DNA from: Gammaproteobacteria bacterium
GTDB lineage: Bacteria > Pseudomonadota > Gammaproteobacteria > JACCXJ01
Reading direction: 5' to 3'
NCBI GenBank assembly: GCA_013697045.1
Contig: JACCXJ010000080.1
Span: forward strand, 1-56,475
Length of the DNA: 56,475 nt
Shown: positions 9,029-16,115 of the stretch, piece after piece
How positions within the stretch are numbered: position 1 is the first letter of the stretch
Layout: every line of letters starts with the position of its first letter
Position numbers and translations under genes: made by a program
Notes under the pieces: model-generated
What the model was told of the DNA's origin: nothing
What the model saw: only the letters and a program-made list of their open reading frames with translations
Database searches by the model: none

Positions 9029-9930
9029 TCCTTCTTGATCGCGTGCCCGCCGAACTGGTTGCGCATGGCCGCCAGCAGCTTGTCGGAGTACGAGTCCACG
9101 TCGCGCGAGCGCAGGCGCTCGATCAGCGACAGCGTGATGACCGGCGCGGAAACCTCGAGGTCGATCGCCTCGGCCACGGTCCAGCGCCCTTCGCCGGAAT
9201 CCTCGACGTAAGGAGCGATCCCGGTCATCGCCGGATTCTTTTCCAGCGCCGCCGCCGTGAGGTCCAGCAGCCAGGAGCGCACCACGCTACCATGGCGCCA
9301 GATTTCGGCGACCTGGTGCAGGTCCAGCCCGAGCTCGCGCTTGTGCTGCAGGATGGAGAAGCCTTCAGCGTAGGCCTGCATCAGGCCGTATTCGATGCCG
9401 TTGTGAATCATCTTGGTGAAGTGGCCGGAGCCCACGGGGCCGACGCGGCCCCAGCCTTGATCCTTGGCGGGCGCTAGTGTTTCGAAGATCGGCGCCAGCC
9501 GTTCGACGGCCGCTTCGTCGCCGCCGATCATCATGCTGAAGCCCTCGGCTAGACCCCACACGCCGCCGCTGGTACCGCAGTCGATGTAGTGGATGTTTTG
9601 GTCGGCAAATCTCTTGGCCCGGCGGAGCGTGTCCTTGTAGTTGGAATTGCCGCCGTCGATGACCGCGTCGCCTGTGGCCAGCAAAGGCAGAAGATCCGTG
9701 AGGGTGCCTTCCGTGATTTCGCCGGCGGGCACCATCAGCCATAGCGTGCGCGGGGCTGGCAGTTTCGCTACCAGCGTGGCAAGCGAATCCGCGGATTCGG
9801 CGCCTTTGTCCTCCAGGTCCTTGCGTGCTTCGGGTTTCGGATCGAAGCCCGCCAGTTGATGTCCGCCGCGCATCAGACGCTGCGCCATGTTGGCGCCCAT
9901 GCGCCCCAAACCGATCATGCCGAGTTTCAT
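9025..9930 (-). CDS. gnd: 6-phosphogluconate dehydrogenase, decarboxylating (short 300-aa type)
   Basis: MKLGMIGLGRMGANMAQRL Rossmann N-terminus; GNSNYKDT; HNGIEYGLMQAYAEG. Confidence 0.9.
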   Translation of the reverse strand: MKLGMIGLGRMGANMAQRLMRGGHQLAGFDPKPEARKDLEDKGAESADSLATLVAKLPAPRTLWLMVPAGEITEGTLTDLLPLLATGDAVIDGGNSNYKDTLRRAKRFADQNIHYIDCGTSGGVWGLAEGFSMMIGGDEAAVERLAPIFETLAPAKDQGWGRVGPVGSGHFTKMIHNGIEYGLMQAYAEGFSILQHKRELGLDLHQVAEIWRHGSVVRSWLLDLTAAALEKNPAMTGIAPYVEDSGEGRWTVAEAIDLEVSAPVITLSLIERLRSRDVDSYSDKLLAAMRNQFGGHAIKKE

Positions 9931-9976
9931 ATCATCTCCTTAGTTGGTGGTCACCACTTCAACCGGCGCCGCGTCG

Positions 9977-10360
9977 TCACGAGGACCGGCGCGCGTCCCG
10001 CTCGAACCAGTTGTCACGGTAGTAATGCCGCCCGCGCAAGAGGGCCCAGGCCGAAGAGGCCAGATAGGCAAAAGGGAACAACGCCCCGAACCGCTCCGTT
10101 TGGCGCACGTGAACGCGCTCATGCGCTCGCGTTCGCTCGAGGCAATCCGCATCACGGCCGAGCACGACGTGCCCGAGCGTCATCGCGTGGGCGCGCACGG
10201 GTGTCACGCTCAAAAGCAGGCGAGCAACCCCCCCGTGACATTCGAGGACACCGGTGTGCGTCCGTGCCCGCCCGCCGGAGAAGAGCGATAAGGCCACGGC
10301 CATGAGCCCGAAGAGCGTCACCGGTGAGGCCCAGAGATAGCGCAACACACGGCCCGCCAT
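9977..10360 (-). CDS. hypothetical small membrane protein with HExxH-like motif
   Basis: Start taken at MAGRVLRYLWASPVTLFGLMAVALSL (hydrophobic helix). AHERVHVRQTERFG motif. Family not recognised. Confidence 0.45.
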   Translation of the reverse strand: MAGRVLRYLWASPVTLFGLMAVALSLFSGGRARTHTGVLECHGGVARLLLSVTPVRAHAMTLGHVVLGRDADCLERTRAHERVHVRQTERFGALFPFAYLASSAWALLRGRHYYRDNWFERDARRSS

Positions 10361-10463
10361 TCCCGCCAGCCCCTGCTCAGCGTGCTGTCGTCCGCGACGC
10401 CCTCGCTTTCTCTTACCAACTGCCGTAAGTAGTCGCCCCCACTGATAAAAAGGCCGGCGCTCA

Positions 10464-10721
10464 TCAAACAGCAAACACCGCCGGATCCACCCCGAAGCGC
10501 TCACCCAGCGCCCGGACCTGGCGCACATTCAATTCCAGGTTGCCGGCCAGGATTTCCGATAGCACGCCCTGGTTGCCCACCTCGGGCAGGTCGGACTGGG
10601 TCAGACCATGGGCCTGCATGAGATAGCGTAATGCCTCGACCGGTTCCGCCTCTCCCCAGGGGTGAGCCCGGGCCTCATACTCCTCCAGCCGATCGCCGAT
10701 CAACTCGACCAGATCCCACAA
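10464..10721 (-). pseudogene. higA: HigA-like HTH antitoxin, 5'-truncated; no higB
   Basis: LWDLVELIGDRLEEYE...ALRYLMQAHGLTQSDLPEVGNQGVLSEILAGNLELNVRQVRALGERFGVDPAVF parallels the C-terminal roughly 88 aa of E. coli HigA. No ATG and no homologous N-terminal roughly 45 aa upstream. Confidence 0.55.
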
Positions 10722-10859
10722 GGGACTCGTGGATGCCGGCCAGAGATAACGAGTGCAAAGACACCACGCGCCCCGTGACCCAGGCCGACGTGCGCGAGCT
10801 GGCCAGCAAGGTCGAGTACGTGCGCGGTAAGGACGAATGTCCCTAACCAGGCGATTCTG

Positions 10860-13622
10860 GTGGCCCGTTCCGGCTTTGCCAACAATGCCCATGCGGTCGC
10901 GAGGACGCTCTTGGTGCAACTCCGCACCTACGACGCACTGCTGCGCTCGCTGGCCGATCTCCCGGCCTGCATCGAAGCCGGGCTGCGCGCCTTCCAGGGC
11001 AGCGCCCTGGAACGTCTGTACGTCGAGCAGGACGTGCTGCTCGACGAGGAGCTGGAGGCGCCGCAACGCCGTGCCCTGGTGAAGTCGGTCGATGACTGGC
11101 TGGCAGAGCCCGGCCAGGGCTTTCTGGCGCTGCTCGGAGATTTCGGCACCGGCAAGACCAGCTTTGCGAAGCGCTACGCGGCCGCGCTCGCGGCCCTGGC
11201 TAAGGGCTCCCCGGAAGAGCACCGGGTGCCTGTCCTCATCGATCTACGCGAGGCGCGCTCCACCACCGTGAGCCTGGAGAACATCCTCACCCACCGCTTC
11301 CAGTCGCTCTCGCCCCGGCCTTTCAATCCGCAAGCCCTCTTGCACTTGAACCGCGAGGGGCATCTGGTGCTCATCTTCGACGGCTTCGACGAGATGCTGG
11401 GCTACTCCGATCCGGGCCAGTATGCGGAGAACCTGCGTCAGATCCTGCGCGCGGCCGAGGGACGCGCCAAGGTGGTCCTGACTTGCCGCACGCACTACTT
11501 CCGCGATCGGCCCGAGGCGCTCAAGAAACCTGACCAAGCAGCCGGCGGTCGTCTCGACCACCGGCGCCACACAACTGTGGGCCGGGCCGGCACCCGGGTC
11601 TTTTATCTGTGCGACTTCAGCGATGCGCAGCTCGAGGATTTCCTGCAACGCGCGCTGCCGCCGCCGGCCGACTGGAGGCAGTTCCGCAAGGCGATCCGCC
11701 GTACCTACAACCTGGAGGACCTGGCCACCCGGCCGTTCCTGCTCGACCTGATCGTCAAGACGCTGCCCCGGTTGCAAGCCCGCGAGGGCACGGTGACCAT
11801 CGCCGATCTGTACGAGGCCTATTGCGAGGAGTGGTTCCGGCACACCGACTTTCGCCTGACCTTGGTACGCGAGCACAAGGTGGCGCTGGTCGAATACCTG
11901 GCGCGACTGGTGTGGGAGTCGCCGGACACGCGCGTGCACTACGAGGTGCTGGCGGGCAAGGCCCAGGAATTTTTTGGTGAGCGCCCGCTGACGCCCTTCG
12001 AGAAGGAGAAGATCGACTACGAGGTGCGCACCGCCCTTTTCCTCAACCGCGACGCACGGGGCTACTACTCGTTCATCCACCGGTCCTTCTTGGAGTTCTT
12101 CGTCGCGCGCACCCTGCGCTCCGGACTGGCGTCGGGAGATCCCGATGCGCTGGACCTCAGGCGGCTGACCCGCGAGGTGGCGTTCTTCCTGGAATTCTGG
12201 GACGAGTCCGGCCACATCCCCGAACGCTGTGGCGCGGTCCTCAGCGTGCCCTACCGCCGGCGCGTGAGCGAGAACGGCCTCTTGCTGCTCTACTGGCACG
12301 CCTGTGCGCGTCTCGGGCCACTCGCGGGCGCGCCCGAGGCGCTCGATCCGGCTGCGCTGGCTGCCGCCATCCGGCAGCACTGGCGGGAGTCGTCGATCGA
12401 GCCGAGCCGCTTCCACTTGGAGGGGGCCGAGCTGGCGGGCGCGCACATCCCTGGCATCTGGCTGGACGGCGCATCGCTCGCCGGGGCCGACCTATCGCGG
12501 GCCGGCTTGCGCGCAGCAAGCCTCGGCGGCGCGAAACTTTGCAAGGCGCGTTTGGAGTTCGCGGACGCACATGCGGCCGTGTTCGGCGGGGCGCAGTTGC
12601 TCGACGCCGATCTGAATCATCTGGACGCCCGTGCGGCCGTGCTCTCGGGCGCCGATCTGTCGGCCGCGGATCTGAGCTTCGCCAAGCTGGCCGGGGCCGA
12701 TCTGCGCGACGTGCAACTCGACGGCGCGTGTCTCACCGGAGCGGGGTTGCTCTGTGCCGAGGGCCTGCTGCCCGCGGTCGTGCTGGACCGCTTCGCCGGC
12801 CGCAGCACCACGGGCGAGACCGCACTGGATCTGGTGATCCAACGCGGTCACGCGGAGCCTGTCCGATGCGTCGCCTGGAGCCCGGACGCCCGGGTCGTCG
12901 CATCGGCCTCGACCGACCACACCGTCAAGCTCTGGGATACGGTCAGCGGTACCCTGCTGCGGACGCTCACCGGTCACAAGGGCGAGGTCTGGTCCGTAGC
13001 CTGGGACGGGCGCGGCGAGCGGCTGGCCTCGGGGTCTGCCGACCACACGGTCAAGCTCTGGGACACGGCCAGCGGGACCCTTCTGTGGACCCTCACGGGC
13101 CATGAGTACGGGGTCGGGTCCGTGGCCTGGGACACGCGCGGGGAGCGGCTGGCCTCGGGGTCTGTCGACCATACGGTCAAGCTCTGGGACGCAGAGAGGG
13201 GCCAGTTGCTCTGGACCCTCACGGGCCACGAGCAATGGGTCAGGTGCGTGGCCTGGGACGCGCGCGGGGAACGGCTAGCCTCGGGGTCTGTCGACCATAC
13301 GGTCAAGCTCTGGGACGCAGAGAGGGGCCAGTTGCTCCGGACCCTCACGGGCCACGAGGACGGAGTCAGGTCCGTAGCCTGGGCCGGGCGCGAGGAACGG
13401 CTGGCCTCGGGGTCCGGCGACCACACGGTAAAGCTCTGGGACGCAGAGAGCGGCCAGTTGCTCCGGACCCTCACGGGCCACGAGCAATGGGTCAGGTCCG
13501 TGGCCTGGGACGCGCGCGGCGAGAGGCTAGCCTCGGGTTCACATGACCGGACGGTCAAGCTCTGGGATGCAACGAGTGGCCAGTTGCTCCGAACCCTCAC
13601 CGGTCACGAGGCTGGGTCTTAA
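10860..13622 (+). CDS. NACHT (STAND) NTPase with pentapeptide repeats and WD40 repeats; leading 920-codon ORF of a gene that continues in other frames
   Basis: Walker A GDFGTGKTS (11136-11162), Walker B LVLIFDGFDEM (11364-11396), pentapeptide repeats at 12411-12760, WD40 blades from 12846. Premature TAA at 13620-13622 in mid-blade. Confidence 0.85.
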   Translation: MARSGFANNAHAVARTLLVQLRTYDALLRSLADLPACIEAGLRAFQGSALERLYVEQDVLLDEELEAPQRRALVKSVDDWLAEPGQGFLALLGDFGTGKTSFAKRYAAALAALAKGSPEEHRVPVLIDLREARSTTVSLENILTHRFQSLSPRPFNPQALLHLNREGHLVLIFDGFDEMLGYSDPGQYAENLRQILRAAEGRAKVVLTCRTHYFRDRPEALKKPDQAAGGRLDHRRHTTVGRAGTRVFYLCDFSDAQLEDFLQRALPPPADWRQFRKAIRRTYNLEDLATRPFLLDLIVKTLPRLQAREGTVTIADLYEAYCEEWFRHTDFRLTLVREHKVALVEYLARLVWESPDTRVHYEVLAGKAQEFFGERPLTPFEKEKIDYEVRTALFLNRDARGYYSFIHRSFLEFFVARTLRSGLASGDPDALDLRRLTREVAFFLEFWDESGHIPERCGAVLSVPYRRRVSENGLLLLYWHACARLGPLAGAPEALDPAALAAAIRQHWRESSIEPSRFHLEGAELAGAHIPGIWLDGASLAGADLSRAGLRAASLGGAKLCKARLEFADAHAAVFGGAQLLDADLNHLDARAAVLSGADLSAADLSFAKLAGADLRDVQLDGACLTGAGLLCAEGLLPAVVLDRFAGRSTTGETALDLVIQRGHAEPVRCVAWSPDARVVASASTDHTVKLWDTVSGTLLRTLTGHKGEVWSVAWDGRGERLASGSADHTVKLWDTASGTLLWTLTGHEYGVGSVAWDTRGERLASGSVDHTVKLWDAERGQLLWTLTGHEQWVRCVAWDARGERLASGSVDHTVKLWDAERGQLLRTLTGHEDGVRSVAWAGREERLASGSGDHTVKLWDAESGQLLRTLTGHEQWVRSVAWDARGERLASGSHDRTVKLWDATSGQLLRTLTGHEAGS

Positions 13623-14075
13623 CCGTGGCCTGGGCCGCGCGCGGGGAGCGGCTGGCCTCGGGGTCTCGGGACCACACGGTCAAGCTCTGGGACGAGCGAG
13701 TGGCCAGTTGCTCGGGACCCTCACGGGTCACGGGGGCTGGGTCAGGTCCGTGGCGTGGGACGCGCGCGGGGAACGGCTGGCCTCGGGGTCCGGCGACCAC
13801 ACGGTAAAGCTCTGGGATGCGGGGAGCGAGACCCTGCTGTGGACGCTCAGGGGCCACGAGGACTGGATCAGGTCCGTGGCCTGGGACACGCGCGGCGACC
13901 AACTGGCCTCGGGGTCTTCTGACCAGACAGTCAGGCTCTGGGACGCGACCAGCGGACAGTTGCTGCGCACGCTACCGGGACACGACGCCGGCGTCATGTC
14001 CATAGCCTGGGACCCACACGGCGAGCGGCTGGCCGTCGGCTGTGCCGACGGCAGCCTCTGGATCTGGGACGTGGC
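12846..14075 (+). repeat. ten tandem 126-bp (42-codon) WD40 coding repeats
   Basis: Unit GH-x3-V-x-SVAWDxRGERLASGSxDHTVKLWDxxSGxLLxTLT. For example, 13153-13211 is identical to 13279-13337 (59 nt), and 80 of 81 nt match when extended. Confidence 0.9.
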
Positions 14076-14351
14076 GGCCGATCCGCCGCGCCCGCTCGTG
14101 CGTCTCTACGCCGGGCCCGACGGCGGTGTCTGGCGGTCACGCCCGATGGCCTCGTGGCTGCTAGCGACCCTCGGGCCCTGGATTTGGTACGCTTCGCCGA
14201 CCGCTGGGCCCTTTACGATGCCAGCGATGTCCCGAGCCGGGTCATCGGCTTCGAGCAGATCGCCGAATACCTGCGCGGCCCCGCGACATCACGCCGGAAG
14301 CGCTCGAATCCGCCTAAGGGCGGGGAAAAGAGGGACCGGAATGCCAGGTAA
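13625..14351 (+). pseudogene. displaced 3' part of the NACHT-WD40 gene (frames 2, then 1, then 0)
   Basis: Blade 7 continues in frame 2 (AWAARGERLASGSRDHTVKLWD). Blades 8-10 are in frame 1 (GHGGWVRSVAWDARGERLASGS...). The C-terminal tail LAVTPDGLVAASDPRALDLVRFADRWALYDASDVP is back in frame 0, ending at 14351. Confidence 0.75.
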
Positions 14352-14710
14352 GGTAACCCTTGCTGCGTTCCCGTCTGGGAAAGTCATGCTGAGCGCTTTT
14401 CACAGGGATTAAATCCTGCGGCGTCGCAGCGGGCTTACTCTCGCACGCGTAACTCACCTTACTCATTAATACGCCAAATATGCAGCCCGCTCTCAAGCAT
14501 CCAAATTTCATCCTCACCACTCACAATCTGAACGGTACTTCTCACGAACAGGCACCGAATAGCCAACGGATTTTCTAGCTTCCCGTTGAGCATCGTTGTC
14601 GTTGTCTATGTCGTCAAATAGTTCCTCAAAATAGTCTTCACGCAACGGGGCACCCTTGGTCGGTCGGTATACCGCACGGAAGAATGAATGGGTTAAAGGG
14701 GTAGAGTAGA

Positions 14711-14769
14711 GGGCAGGCAGTGCCTGCCCTCCCTCATCAAGCCGTGCATGCGGTTCTCCCGCACACGGC
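14711..14769. repeat. REP-like hairpins just upstream of the RAYT remnant
   Basis: Palindrome GGGCAGGCA-G-TGCCTGCCC (14711-14729) and imperfect hairpin GCCGTGCATGCGG..CCGCACACGGC (14741-14769). Confidence 0.5.
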
Positions 14770-14784
14770 TTTCCGATGTTCTTC

Positions 14785-15006
14785 ATGCCGAGGCATGCGC
14801 CGAGCGCCAGCCTGCCACCGCAGGAACCTAGAGCAGAGACGGTGCCCAGGCTTATCATCTCGCTGGAACGGCGCTACCTGCAGTACATCTACAGAAACTA
14901 CCGCCGCACCGGCACGCTATGGGACAGCCGCTACAAGTCCTCACTTATCCAGGCCGAGACTTATCTCCTCACCTATGGTTCGGTGATACGTCCATCTTCC
15001 TCATAG
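14785..15006 (+). pseudogene. REP-associated tyrosine transposase (RAYT, IS200/IS605-like Y1) remnant
   Basis: SLERRYLQYIYRNYRRTGTLWDSRYKSSLIQAETYLLT matches the conserved RAYT core (GRRYVQYINR.Y.RTGTLWEGRYKS). The N-terminal HUH region and the C-terminus are missing. Confidence 0.65.
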
Positions 15007-15200
15007 ATCGAGGCGGGATGCTCCCCTGGACCGTCCCGTCCGCCACCCCTTGCTGTTCTATCATCACAATCCCTGTAGGGCTTGTGGGGGGTCTGTGGGC
15101 AACAGTGCGGCCTTCCCAGTTGATGGAAAACGCGCGGATTTCTGTCCTGATCAAATCGAGAACCGCCAAGCGGACTGACTCCATCAGCGTTTTGAAGGCT

Positions 15201-15809
15201 TCACGTCCACAGTTCCCGGACGTCAAGACTGAATCCCCTGAGCAGCGGCTCGCCCGACACAGTAGCCGGGTTGTCGAGGCAGTCAACAGCAACCTCCGGG
15301 CGGTGCACATAGACTTTCTTCTCGACAGGATCGATCAGCCAGCCCATCTCGGCGCCGTTGTCGATGTATTCCTGCATTTTGTTCTGTAAGTCACCGAGCG
15401 AATCGGTCTCAGAGCGAAGCTCAACGACGAAGTCGGGGCACAGTGGCGGAAACTGCTTGCGTTCGATTTCGGTGAGGGCATTCCAGTGCGAGAACCTGAC
15501 CCAAGCGAGATCGGGTGACCGCTTCGCGCCATTGGGGAGCGTGAACCCGGTAGATGAGTCGAAACCCACTCCGGTGCCATCGGCCTTGGCCCACGCGTAA
15601 AAGGCCCCGGTCAGACTGAAGTTGCGCTTTCCGGTCTCTCCTCCGGTTGGTGGCATAATGATGATGTCTCCATCACTCGTACGCTCGATGCTCCAGTCTC
15701 GATTCGCCTGACAGAACTCGAAGAAGTCCTCATCGCTAAGTCTTCTCAGCACCGGGCCGAAGTGAATCACGAAGGGATTGGACTCTGTTGGTCTAAGTGA
15801 AATGCTCAT
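15201..15809 (-). CDS. Uma2 family (DUF820) PD-(D/E)xK-type putative endonuclease
   Basis: ATG 15809 (MSISLRPTESNPFVIHFGP...). DWSIERTSDGDIIIMPP, PDLAWV, PDFVVELRSETD, EYIDNGAEMGWLIDP are typical Uma2 blocks. Confidence 0.8.
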   Translation of the reverse strand: MSISLRPTESNPFVIHFGPVLRRLSDEDFFEFCQANRDWSIERTSDGDIIIMPPTGGETGKRNFSLTGAFYAWAKADGTGVGFDSSTGFTLPNGAKRSPDLAWVRFSHWNALTEIERKQFPPLCPDFVVELRSETDSLGDLQNKMQEYIDNGAEMGWLIDPVEKKVYVHRPEVAVDCLDNPATVSGEPLLRGFSLDVRELWT

Positions 15810-15855
15810 AGATCCTCCGCCGCACGGATTTGATACAGCGTGATTATAACACCGC

Positions 15856-15944
15856 GGGATAAAGGGGTCGGAGTGAATTTTGTGACCTTGATGCAACACG
15901 ATGATGAGCATGCTGCCCAAAATTCACTCCGACCCCTTTATCCC
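15856..15944. repeat. REPIN-like perfect inverted repeat (27-bp arms, 35-nt spacer)
   Basis: GGGATAAAGGGGTCGGAGTGAATTTTG (15856-15882) is the exact reverse complement of 15918-15944. It sits between the Uma2 start and the stop of the small ORF at 15946. Confidence 0.9.
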
Positions 15945-15945
15945 A

Positions 15946-16101
15946 CTAGCGAAACAGCACCAGCGCCTTCTCCAGCGTGATATAGATCCCCCAGCCCAGC
16001 GGTATACCGACGAGCGTCCAGGCGATCGCGACCAGGAACCAGCTTGCTGGGCTCGGGCGTTCCATGGGGCTCTGGCTGCCCCGGTCGGCGCGTGGTGACA
16101 T
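15946..16101 (-). CDS. small membrane protein (51 aa) downstream of the OFA transporter; resembles MFS-transporter small subunits
   Basis: Not in the ORF track (under 60 aa). AGGGAG Shine-Dalgarno then ATG 16101. MSPRADRGSQSPMERPSPASWFLVAIAWTLVGIPLGWGIYITLEKALVLFR has one TM helix. It begins 15 nt after the transporter stop. Confidence 0.6.
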   Translation of the reverse strand: MSPRADRGSQSPMERPSPASWFLVAIAWTLVGIPLGWGIYITLEKALVLFR

Positions 16102-16115
16102 GGTCTCCCTCTGGC

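Noticed and set aside
12846-14075. Regularly spaced repeats that might be mistaken for a CRISPR-like array.
   Set aside because: The period is 126 bp with no unique spacers. The repeats are in-frame WD40 blades of a protein-coding gene. No CRISPR repeats or cas genes are present anywhere in the window.
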